From NCBI GenBank assembly GCA_009839425.1, contig VXPS01000262.1, positions 1 to 40,500 on the forward strand: a DNA stretch of 40,500 nucleotides, read 5' to 3'. A model generated the notes under the pieces. The model ran no database searches, was not told the origin of the DNA, and was given only the letters and a program-made list of their open reading frames with translations. Both the position numbers and the translations under genes were made by a program. The stretch is from Chloroflexota bacterium (GTDB lineage Bacteria > Chloroflexota > UBA11872). Shown in pieces: positions 24,520 through 33,224 of the stretch (its first letter is position 1; the number at the start of each line of letters is the position of its first letter).

Positions 24520-27288
24520 TTGCCAATGCCGTCAAACGACGAGAATTTCTCCCGCGTCCACGAACCGGACGCAGCCGCCCAAGTCCCTTTCTCCTACGAC
24601 CTTGCGGAACCGGTTGAGGCCGCCGACGCCGAGGACCTGAGGATCGGCCTCTGGCCCTGGTCCGTACTCAGGGACCGGCTGGTCAACGTCACCGACGAAG
24701 GCCTGGACTGGATCCGCGACAGCATCCGCCAGCTGGGCCGGCACGTCCGTGGACACGGCTCGAACGTCCGCTCGCGATTCTGGTCCGAAAAGAACCGGAT
24801 GATCGTGCCGTGCGAATCCCGCACGGTCGAGCGCCCGCTGTTCACGAGCATGGAGATCGACCGCGCGGTCGCCTGGTATCTGGCGCAGCTCCAGCCGCTG
24901 GACCTGACGGGTGTCGATGCGCGGGGCCGGACCCTGCCGATCACCAAGACCTTCGACGCGCTGGTCGGGCTCGTGAGCGGCGAGGTGTTCGTCGCCGAGT
25001 TCAGGAGCGAGGAACAGCTCCGGGCGCAGCTCCGGGACCAGCCGCACCTCTACCGGCAGGAAGGGGACGTCGTGCGGTACACGCCGTACGGGGAGATGGC
25101 GGAGCGCTTCGGGATCCCCGACCGGGTCCTGACCCCCGCGAACCTCCCGAAGATGGCCATCACCAACTGGGAGCTGCTCAAGGGGTATTCCCGGCGCCGC
25201 GTGAGTGAGGCCGACTTCCAACGCGTGCGGGAGGCCGTGCGCGACCGCCCCGCAACCGTGGTCGAGGTCGCTCAACAGGCGGAGGTCCCGGTGGACGTCG
25301 TGCTGGCGGCGATCGCCCGCGGCGTGGTCTTCGTGGACGTCAACCGGCAGCTCGTGGTGGAGACGGAGACCACGCTGGTCCACGCGTCGTTCGCGACGTT
25401 CGTGGCCTACACCGACGCTCCTCGCGGGGCCGCTACGGGCGTCCGGGTCATCGCCGGCCTGCGGGACGGCACGGTGGCCAGCTGGGACAGCGACCCGGTG
25501 GAGCTCGTGCACGTCGGCCAGACCAGGGTCGTGGTGCGCTGGGAGGGCAGCGGGCGCATCGTCGAGGTGCCCATCGCGGACTTCGAACGTTTCGTGCAGG
25601 ACGGCACGGTGGGGCTGCCCACGACGGATCTGTCCGCCGACCCCGTCGCCGAGGCCCTGGCGCGCTCCAATCAGCGCGAGCGCGACGTCGCGACCGATCG
25701 CGCCAGTGTGATCCGGCTGGTCCTCGACGGCCAGCTGTCGAAGGAACAGGCTGCCGAAGCGCTGGGCGTGAAGTCCCCCCGGACGATCGAGCGCCACATG
25801 CGCGATTACCGCCAGTTGGGCTGGGCCGGGTGCGTCCCGAACTGGCGAGCCCGCGGCAACCGCAAGCGGCGGATCTCCGTCGGGCGGCTGGTGGGGATGG
25901 ATGCGGCCATCGCCACCTACTACGTGGGCAAGAACGGCTTCGCCAAGCCGAAACGCACGATGGAAGCGGCCTACAAGATGTACCGGGAAAATTCCCCCGA
26001 CCCCGTGTCCCTGGCGACGTTCAAGCGCCGGATCCGCGAGCTTGCGGGCCTCGAGCAGACACGCCACCGGGACGGCGACCGGGCCGCGAACCGGTTCCGG
26101 ACGGCGCGGGGCCGCGACCCGTTCGTGGACCTGTACCCGCTGCACGTCATCCAGGTCGATGCCACGCTCGGCGACATCTTCCTCACGCTGCTCGAGTCGG
26201 TGCTCGGCCATGACGCGTTTCTGGTGCGTCCGCAGGTCTCGATCGCCGTCGATGTCTTTTCACAGTGTGTGGTCGGCCTCTACGTGTCCCTCGGGGGCGA
26301 GTCCGCGGCCACGGCGCTGATGCTCCTGCGGGACGTGGTCCGCCGCCACGGGCGGATGGCCGACATCGTCCTGATGGACAACGGCGCCGGCTACCGCTCC
26401 AAGGACGTGCAGAACTTCGTCGTCGGGATCTGCGGCCGGGAGCTGCAGCACCGGGCGCCGCACCGCCCGCAGATCGGCGGGATCTGCGAGCGACTGTTCG
26501 AGACCATGCGGGCCGAGCTCTTGGTGTCCATGGCCGGCCAGACGTCGCGCCTCAAGGCGGTGCGCGAGGTCACGAAGTCAATGGATCCGCGGCGCGACGC
26601 CGCGTGGACCCTGGCGGCGTTCACCGGGATCCTCGAGCACTTCTTCTTCGAGATCTACAACCGGCGCGTGCACCCGGGCGTGGACATGGCGCCCCTCGAG
26701 AAGCTGGAGCAGGGCTACCTCCTCCGGGGGTACCGCGAGCAGCAGCGGGTGGCGTTCGATGCGAACCTGCTCGCCGCCACCTCGCCGTCGTGCGGAACGC
26801 GGCAGATCGACCCGAAACTGGGTGTCTGGGTCGACTACCGGCGGTTCCGGAATGCCGAGGTCTCGAAGCGGTTCCACGGCCGCGACGACCGCACCGTCGA
26901 GGTCAGGCGGGAACCCGACGATTGCACGCTGGTGCGGGTCCTGGCGGACCGCCAGTGGGAGGAGTTCACGAGCGACGACCGCCCTCTGCTGCAGTCGTAC
27001 AGCGCCGCCGACCAAGTCGCGATCAGCAAGGCGTACCGGGCCGTGAAGGCCAGCGTGCGCCGCGAGCGGGGCCGGAAAGGCTTTGGCCTCGGTGCCTTCC
27101 TCACGCGCATCCACGAGGCGCAGGAAGCCGTCCTGAAGGAACGACGGTCGGCCGAGCGGCGGCGGGCGTCCGATGCCGGGTCCGGGCGCACCGTCCGCCG
27201 TCCGGACAAGGCCCGGAAAGGGGCCGGCACGGGCCTGTCGCTGGATTTCCTCGACCGCGATGCGAAGCACTTCGGGGAGGACGGCTGA
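24520..27288 (+). CDS. tniA: TniA/TnsB-type DDE transposase (Mu/rve superfamily), unusually long
   Basis: 922 aa. DDE context HVIQVDATLGDIF, IVLMDNGAGYRS, IGGICERLFETM. N-terminal and central HTH-like segments. Followed by TniB-like and TniQ-like genes with overlapping stops and starts. Confidence 0.82.
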   Translation: MPMPSNDENFSRVHEPDAAAQVPFSYDLAEPVEAADAEDLRIGLWPWSVLRDRLVNVTDEGLDWIRDSIRQLGRHVRGHGSNVRSRFWSEKNRMIVPCESRTVERPLFTSMEIDRAVAWYLAQLQPLDLTGVDARGRTLPITKTFDALVGLVSGEVFVAEFRSEEQLRAQLRDQPHLYRQEGDVVRYTPYGEMAERFGIPDRVLTPANLPKMAITNWELLKGYSRRRVSEADFQRVREAVRDRPATVVEVAQQAEVPVDVVLAAIARGVVFVDVNRQLVVETETTLVHASFATFVAYTDAPRGAATGVRVIAGLRDGTVASWDSDPVELVHVGQTRVVVRWEGSGRIVEVPIADFERFVQDGTVGLPTTDLSADPVAEALARSNQRERDVATDRASVIRLVLDGQLSKEQAAEALGVKSPRTIERHMRDYRQLGWAGCVPNWRARGNRKRRISVGRLVGMDAAIATYYVGKNGFAKPKRTMEAAYKMYRENSPDPVSLATFKRRIRELAGLEQTRHRDGDRAANRFRTARGRDPFVDLYPLHVIQVDATLGDIFLTLLESVLGHDAFLVRPQVSIAVDVFSQCVVGLYVSLGGESAATALMLLRDVVRRHGRMADIVLMDNGAGYRSKDVQNFVVGICGRELQHRAPHRPQIGGICERLFETMRAELLVSMAGQTSRLKAVREVTKSMDPRRDAAWTLAAFTGILEHFFFEIYNRRVHPGVDMAPLEKLEQGYLLRGYREQQRVAFDANLLAATSPSCGTRQIDPKLGVWVDYRRFRNAEVSKRFHGRDDRTVEVRREPDDCTLVRVLADRQWEEFTSDDRPLLQSYSAADQVAISKAYRAVKASVRRERGRKGFGLGAFLTRIHEAQEAVLKERRSAERRRASDAGSGRTVRRPDKARKGAGTGLSLDFLDRDAKHFGEDG

Positions 27289-28454
27289 TGCCCGGGCCGG
27301 TGCCGGCCGGGCGGGACCGCCCGCTCGAGAGAATTATCGCGGCGATGCGCAAGACCGTCGTGTCGCACCCCGCCCACGATGCCGCGTGCACGACGCTCCG
27401 GAAATTCCTGTCGGCGCGCGAGGGCGCCGTCTGCCTCGTGACGGGGCCGAAAGACGCGGGCCGGAGCACGGTGGCCCGGGCCGTCTTCGGCCCGCGCAAA
27501 GATGCGCTGGTCGTGCGCACGCCGGCGGGTCCGCTGGCCGGCCGGGGGTTCCGCGCCACGCGGCTCCTGGAGGCCATCCTGCGGACCGGCAAGGCGCCGA
27601 TGGTCGATGGCCTGGTGGCTCATCAGCTGCCCCTGATGACCCGGGACGGGCGCGTGCTCGTGATCATGCCGGACCCGTCCCGCCAGGGGGGCCGGGACGC
27701 GGCGGAGGCGACCCTCGTGGGTGCGATCAGCCAGATGAGGAAATACCGCGGCGTCCGGTTCCTGGTGCTCGATGACGCGGATCCCCTGGTCGGGCTGTCG
27801 AGCGTGGAGCACGTCGACTGGATCCTCCGGGTGGCGCGCGAGGTCGGGCTGCGCCTGGTCCTGGTGACGTCCAACCACACGGCCGCCACGGTGCTGGAGA
27901 AGCTCGCGCACGCGGTCGAGTGGCACCTGGTCGAGGTGCAGCGGTACACGTCCCGGTCGGGTCCCGGCGCGTTCACCGGGTTCCGCGACGCCCTGGAGGA
28001 GCTGCTGGAAGCGGTTCCCGAGGTCCGTTTCCCGCCGCTCGGGAGCACCGAGTTCTACTACGTGTCCTGCTATTCCCTCGGCTGTTTCGGCCGCGCCTGC
28101 CAGTACCTTGAGACGCTGGTGGCGAGGGCGCTCGCCAAGCAGGGCGCCGCGCGGGGCATCCTCACGGTCGAGGACATGCGCCTGGACGGGGCCGCGGAGG
28201 AGCGCCTGCATGTGCTGCTGAGCGCCATCGAAGAGGGCGAGGAGCGGCTGCGCAACATCTTGTCGGCGGGGCGGGACGGCCGGCCCCTGCACCAACGGCT
28301 GGGTCTGGCCGTGCCGTCCGAATCGAAGTCGGCATCGGAGGACGAACTCGAACCCGGGCCGGCGCCGAAGGGCAATGGCATCCACCGGCCGCGGGTGGGC
28401 GACCCGGCCCTGGACCGGATCGGCGAGGCCCAGATCGCGGAACTCGGGTTTTGA
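27288..28454 (+). CDS. tniB: TniB/TnsC-like AAA+ regulator with deviant Walker A
   Basis: ATG at 27288 shares its first base (A) with the last base of the tniA TGA. Deviant Walker A region CLVTGPKDAGRSTVARAV, Walker B RFLVLDDAD. Position between tniA and tniQ. Confidence 0.68.
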   Translation: MPGPVPAGRDRPLERIIAAMRKTVVSHPAHDAACTTLRKFLSAREGAVCLVTGPKDAGRSTVARAVFGPRKDALVVRTPAGPLAGRGFRATRLLEAILRTGKAPMVDGLVAHQLPLMTRDGRVLVIMPDPSRQGGRDAAEATLVGAISQMRKYRGVRFLVLDDADPLVGLSSVEHVDWILRVAREVGLRLVLVTSNHTAATVLEKLAHAVEWHLVEVQRYTSRSGPGAFTGFRDALEELLEAVPEVRFPPLGSTEFYYVSCYSLGCFGRACQYLETLVARALAKQGAARGILTVEDMRLDGAAEERLHVLLSAIEEGEERLRNILSAGRDGRPLHQRLGLAVPSESKSASEDELEPGPAPKGNGIHRPRVGDPALDRIGEAQIAELGF

Positions 28455-29347
28455 CCCCGCTCTACGACGTGGCCCCGATCGGGCTGGGCGGCGCGCACGT
28501 GGAGAGCCTGACCGGGTACGTCACGCGGCTCGCCGGGGAACACTGCGTGCGGCCCGAGCGGCTGCTGCGGGAAGTGGTCAGACGCCGCCCCGAGGTCGGG
28601 CGCGGCATGCTCGACCCGCGTTTCTTTGCGGTCGACTCGCGATCCGCCGACGGCCTGGGGCGCTACGCTGCCAGGCTCTCCCGGGCCCTGGAATACCTGA
28701 CGGGCCGGCAGGACCTGCATTACCTCACGATGCTGCGCTGGTCGGGCCTTCTGGATCGGACCGGGAAGGGCATGTTCCGCCTGCGGCGAGCGTGGTGCCC
28801 CCGCTGTTTCCGGGATCAGCTGGCGGCGGGGCAGCCGGTCTACGAGCCGCTGCTCTGGAGGTTCCGGGCGACGAGGATCTGCGACGTGCACGGGACCCGT
28901 CTGCGGGAGTGCTGCGTGGCCTGCGGCAGCCCGCAGCCGACGATTCCGCGCCTGGGGGCGACGGGGATGTGCGGCGTGTGCGGTTCGTTCCTGGGCCTGC
29001 CGGACGGCTGCGCGGAAGCGCGTAGCCGCGCGCCGCCCCTTGTCGAGCGGTGGTCGATGGCGGCGTTGCGGGGAATGTTGCAGCGGCACGGCAGGAAGCG
29101 GGGTGTCGGGGCCCGCGCACAGATGCTGGCGCGCATGGAGACGGCTTGGCGCAGGCCCTCCGTGACGGCGGCGGCGCGGCAGCAGGTCAGGCGGATGTAC
29201 GCCCAGTGGCGAACCAAGGGGTGCCTGCCGACGCTCGCGGGGCTGTTCCGGTTCGCGATGGCGACGCGGACCCAGCCGGTGTGGCTGCTCGAGGGGGTGG
29301 CGTGCGACGACGGCGATCCGCTGGAGGCGGATGAGATCCCGGGATAA
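28451..29347 (+). CDS. tniQ: TniQ-family target-selection protein
   Basis: 298 aa. N-terminal ESLTGYVTRLA pattern. Zinc-finger-like WCPRCF...CDVHGTRLRECCVACGSPQ...CGVCG. TTG start overlapping the tniB stop. Confidence 0.72.
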   Translation: MTPLYDVAPIGLGGAHVESLTGYVTRLAGEHCVRPERLLREVVRRRPEVGRGMLDPRFFAVDSRSADGLGRYAARLSRALEYLTGRQDLHYLTMLRWSGLLDRTGKGMFRLRRAWCPRCFRDQLAAGQPVYEPLLWRFRATRICDVHGTRLRECCVACGSPQPTIPRLGATGMCGVCGSFLGLPDGCAEARSRAPPLVERWSMAALRGMLQRHGRKRGVGARAQMLARMETAWRRPSVTAAARQQVRRMYAQWRTKGCLPTLAGLFRFAMATRTQPVWLLEGVACDDGDPLEADEIPG

Positions 29348-29376
29348 GGGCGCGCAGGCGGAGGAATCCCGACGAC

Positions 29377-29712
29377 GTGCGTGGGGCGCTGCTGCGGCTG
29401 CTCGCGGAGGAGCCGGTGTCAGCGGTCGTCGCGTGCCGGCGGCTTGGCGTCAGCCTCGGGTACTTGGCGTACCGGTTTCCTGTCCAGTTGCGGCTGCTGC
29501 GGGAGCGCTGGGCCGCCCGGGTGGCGCGCGACCGGCGGCAGGAGCATGATCGCAAGGTGCAGGCGATCCAGCGGATTCTGGCGCGGTTTCGACAACAGGG
29601 AGTGGAACCTGTGCCCGCGCTGGTGATCAGGGCCTATTACGGGGATGGCCGGCGGAAGTCATCCATCCGGATCCACCGCCTGGTCTGTCAGGTCATCGCT
29701 GATGACCGATGA
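29377..29712 (+). CDS. Small HTH-like protein downstream of tniQ
   Basis: 111 aa with a GTG start. VSAVVACRRLGVSLGYLAYRF resembles a helix-turn-helix. May be a detached C-terminal TniQ/TnsD-like module. Confidence 0.4.
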   Translation: MRGALLRLLAEEPVSAVVACRRLGVSLGYLAYRFPVQLRLLRERWAARVARDRRQEHDRKVQAIQRILARFRQQGVEPVPALVIRAYYGDGRRKSSIRIHRLVCQVIADDR

Positions 29713-29910
29713 TGACGTCGGGTCGTGTCCGCAGGCGAACTCGACACGCAGGTTTAGCCGGCAACGGTGAACTTCCCATTCCAGTGGCAAGGAGATGCGA
29801 CCGTGACGGGAGGCTGGACGATCTTGCGGCATTCTCGCCGGCGGGAGTGTGTTGGGGCTTTCTGGCGTGGCGCAAGGTCGTTCCGCCGGAATTTGTGAAG
29901 GGACGGGACC

Positions 29911-30414
29911 ATGAACTCGGGACAGGGACCGGTTCTGACGAATGTTGGAATATTCAGGTCGATCGCGGCGGACGCTTACCGGCAAATGGCGGTGAGCATG
30001 GCTGAGAATGTCCGCGCCGCGCCGGGGAAAGAGGGCGCTGTCGTCAAGACCTTCGATCCCGAGCAGCTGTCGTTCAAGCAGGCAATGATATCGGTTGTCT
30101 TTACCTGCATCTGGCTGGAAGCCGCGTTGCACCTTCTGATCGTCAGGAACTTTGGCAGGGAGGCCTACACGGACAAGGTTGACCGCTCGAATTACGCTGC
30201 CAAGTTGACGTTACTGGAATGCGGGGATGGAGACCTGCTGAGGAAGGTCGAACGTTTGCGAGCGGCGAGGCGAGATCTCATCCACGAGAAGGCCCACCGC
30301 GAATTCAACGATGAAGGGAAGTTCACGGGGGCGTTGAGGACGGCACAGGACGAAGCCGAGAACGCGCGTGCGGTCATGCTGGCTGTCGAGGAATGGTTCG
30401 GTCTGGCTGGTTGA
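29911..30414 (+). CDS. Small alpha-helical hypothetical protein with an Rx4H (HEPN-like) motif
   Basis: 167 aa. RAARRDLIHEKAH contains R-x4-H. Composition is consistent with an all-helical fold. Confidence 0.45.
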   Translation: MNSGQGPVLTNVGIFRSIAADAYRQMAVSMAENVRAAPGKEGAVVKTFDPEQLSFKQAMISVVFTCIWLEAALHLLIVRNFGREAYTDKVDRSNYAAKLTLLECGDGDLLRKVERLRAARRDLIHEKAHREFNDEGKFTGALRTAQDEAENARAVMLAVEEWFGLAG

Positions 30415-30456
30415 CGTAACAGGCTCGGCCGGGCTCCTGACATCGCGGACCGGGCC

Positions 30457-31433
30457 TTATCCGGGCGTCCCGCCGCTGCGCCCGAGAACGGCGTCGCGCA
30501 CTGCGCCTTCCAGTATCCTGAGCGGCTCCAGGTCCTCAGCCGTGCGCCGGGCGACGAAGCCGGTGCCGTAGCGGCGCCGGGCGAATGCCAGGGGGAGAGC
30601 CTTCAGCGGCGCTCCGGGCAGCAGCCCGATCAGTTCGACCGGCTGCTAGGCGAGCCTCGCGACTGCCGCAAGTAGTGCAATGCCGGGCGAACCGGCACGG
30701 ACGACCGCCCGCCCGGTGTCGCATCGGTCCCATCGAGGTCGATCCACGGCCGGTCGGCGAGGTCGCGGGGCTCGGGCCCGGCGGCTGGAAGGGGATGCCC
30801 GCGGGCGGCGACGATGCCGGCGGCCACACCAAGGAAGCGCTCGCGCCGGAGGTGCGCCGGCAGGGCCTTGCCGGTGTCGAGGCCGCCGCAGTGCAGGTCG
30901 CTCCGGCCGTCGGCGAGGAGCCTGACGCCATTGCGCCACGTGGCCGTGCGGAGCTTCAGCTTGGCCTCGGGGAAGGCGGCGTGGCACGCCCGGACGACGG
31001 GCGCGACAACGGCCTGCATCCAGACGGGCGCTGCGGTGACGCGGAAGAGGCCGGTACGGTCCCTGGACGCGCCCCCGGGAGCTGGGCGCTCACGGCATCC
31101 GTCTCTGCGCCGTTCGCCGAACTGCAGCTCAAATTCTTCCCGCTTCTCCCCCAAGTTGGGGACGCGCAATTCGTAGCAGCGCCTTACAGTCCAGTCTGGC
31201 GTCGGCGCAGCGGAGACGGCTGCGGCGATGCGCCGTGCGGGGGATTTGGGACGTTGCGCAGCCATGCGGAAAAGTCTCGACGGAACAAGTCGCAGAGTCT
31301 CGCATCTCGATCCGCGAACGATCTTCGACAAGCTCGAGCGATCGTCCTCGCCCGGCGAGGGCACCTGCCCATCCACGCCGGTTTCACGGCATACCGCCCG
31401 CGCACGGATGTTCCGGCGATCAGCACTATCCAT
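30457..31433 (-). pseudogene. LysR-family transcriptional regulator, disrupted (frameshift or stop near 30630)
   Basis: The substrate-binding-domain-like part LFRVTAAPVWMQAVVAPVVRACHAAFPEAKLKLRTATW...DLHCGGLD lies in one frame. The C-terminal VELIGLLPGAPLKALPLAFARRRYGTGFVARR continues in another frame after a TAG. The N-terminal HTH is only weakly recognisable. Confidence 0.6.
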
Positions 31434-31781
31434 GGGGGCCTTGGTTTGCTGACGAGGACAGGCGGAGAAGGGAGAACGCAGGGACCCAACTCCTTCGCGG
31501 CGGCGACCGCCGATAAGCGTCGCCAATCGGGGCCATCGGAAAATTCAACTGGATGCAAGTGATCGCATTCCTATTTGAATTCGTAGCGCATCCTGCGAGG
31601 AAGCGCCCCTGTCGAGACGCGGGGAAGCGGGCGATGAACGTCCAGAATGCGGGTAACCAGGCAGCGGAATTGACCCTCGGCGGCTGGGAGGGCCGTACGG
31701 GGTCTGATGTACCTGGAATATCAGGCTCTTGTGTCGCTTTCCGGGCGACGCGAGGCCGACCGGCTACCACCGGGATTACGT

Positions 31782-31803
31782 GCGATAGCTGTCGTTATCA
31801 AAC
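31782..31803. repeat. Palindromic site GCGATAGC-TGTC-GTTATCAAAC (site 1 of an inverted pair flanking the recombinase gene)
   Basis: 19 of 22 positions match the reverse complement of 33095-33116. A partial third copy ACGATAACTGT lies at 31982-31992. Confidence 0.6.
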
Positions 31804-32068
31804 ATAAACTTGTCAACCCGCTATAGCGCCGGGGTGTCCCGCCGTGCCCCGGAGGCACCCGGTCCCGCGCTGCCACGAGCCGGTATGTCCTGATTTGGAG
31901 CGGGTTTCGGGGGGCTGGACAGGTCCGGAAGCGCCTCGCCGGGACGGGTCCGGGCGTCTCGGGTAGCGCCGATTTTTGGGTACGATAACTGTTGTGTGAA
32001 TCTGCGCCCGGCAGGCGCGTGCAGCCCGGCCGCGGGCGAGAGCGCGCACGCCAGAGCGGTGCGGCGGC

Positions 32069-33055
32069 TCAATCGCGCTGCTGCAGCCGGGCAAGCTGCG
32101 CCGCACCGCTGCGCCTTGCCAGCAACCGCTCACCGTAGCGGTTCACCATCGCGGTGGACCTCCACCGCCCGGCCTGCAGGATCGCCGGCAGCTCGATGCC
32201 GGCGGCGATCATGTCCTGAGCCGCGCCGACCCGGGCGCTGTGCCCGGACAGTCCCTCGACCACCTCGTCCGGCAGGCCGGCGTCGCGCGCCATCGCCTTG
32301 AGGATGCGCGCCACATGGGCGGGGTGGAGCCGGTCGCCGACCCGTCCGCCCTTGGCGACCGAGCGGAGCAACAACCCCTCCGCGATCCCTGCCCTCCCGA
32401 GCCACGTCCGCACCAACCGGACGGTATCCCGCGCGACATAGACGATCTCGCCCCGTCCCTCGCCGTCCGTCTTGGACCGCCGCACCAGGAGGCTGGCGTT
32501 TCCGGGCATTTCCTCCAGCAGGTCGGCGACTTGCAGGGAGACGAGCTCCGCCCGGCGGAGCATCGTGTCGTAGGCGACAGCCAGCAGCGCCCGGTTGCGG
32601 TCGTCGATCAGCCGCCCGCCCGCGGCCTCCAGCAGGCGCTGGCGCAGCGGCCAGGTCAGCCCCGTCGCTTGGCCCTGGCGGCGCCCCTTCATCCGGTGCA
32701 TGCGCTGGAGCGCGAGCCGGATTGCCGGGCTCGACATCGTCCGGCCGCGACCGAGCGCCCGGTGGGCGATCGCGATGCTGGCGACGTAGCGGCGCACCGT
32801 TGCCGGTTTCCGCAGCTCGGCCTTGTCGTCGACGAAAGCGGCGACGGTCTCTGGCTCCGCCGGCAGCGCCCTCAGCCCGTGTAGCGCACACCAGGCGGCG
32901 TAGATGGCGAGGTCGGATCTCACCGCCCGCTCGGTGTTGCGGCTGAAAGCGTTCCGGGCCGCCCGGACAAAGTGTCCGAGCTGTTCCGCGAGCGCCTGCT
33001 CGCGGTCCGCTCCCGTCGCCTCCGACGCGCTGAACGGGGGTTCGAGATACATCAC
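32069..33055 (-). CDS. Tyrosine recombinase/integrase
   Basis: 328 aa. SAM-like N-terminal domain. Catalytic pattern AYDTMLRRAEL (Arg), GHSARVGAAQ (His-x-x-Arg), GRWRSTAMVNRYGE (Trp/His ... Tyr). Confidence 0.9.
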   Translation of the reverse strand: MMYLEPPFSASEATGADREQALAEQLGHFVRAARNAFSRNTERAVRSDLAIYAAWCALHGLRALPAEPETVAAFVDDKAELRKPATVRRYVASIAIAHRALGRGRTMSSPAIRLALQRMHRMKGRRQGQATGLTWPLRQRLLEAAGGRLIDDRNRALLAVAYDTMLRRAELVSLQVADLLEEMPGNASLLVRRSKTDGEGRGEIVYVARDTVRLVRTWLGRAGIAEGLLLRSVAKGGRVGDRLHPAHVARILKAMARDAGLPDEVVEGLSGHSARVGAAQDMIAAGIELPAILQAGRWRSTAMVNRYGERLLARRSGAAQLARLQQRD

Positions 33056-33094
33056 TGGGCCTCCGGATCGTCCAGGGCCAAGTCCCCGGTTTGC

Positions 33095-33116
33095 GTTCGA
33101 TAACGACAGTTATCGT
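33095..33116. repeat. Palindromic site GTTCGATAAC-GACA-GTTATCGT (site 2), 40 bp upstream of the recombinase start and about 110 bp upstream of the RTX gene
   Basis: GATAAC-N4-GTTATC core. The central tetramer GACA is the reverse complement of TGTC in site 1, so the two sites are inverted relative to each other. Confidence 0.6.
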
Positions 33117-33224
33117 GCGCAATCCCGCGCTGTCACGGGTAATGCCGCGCATTAGGAACAGGGCGCAGCTTGCTCGTGCAACATCGAAACATCGAATTGC
33201 AGAAGTAAATCAAGAGAATCGAAA

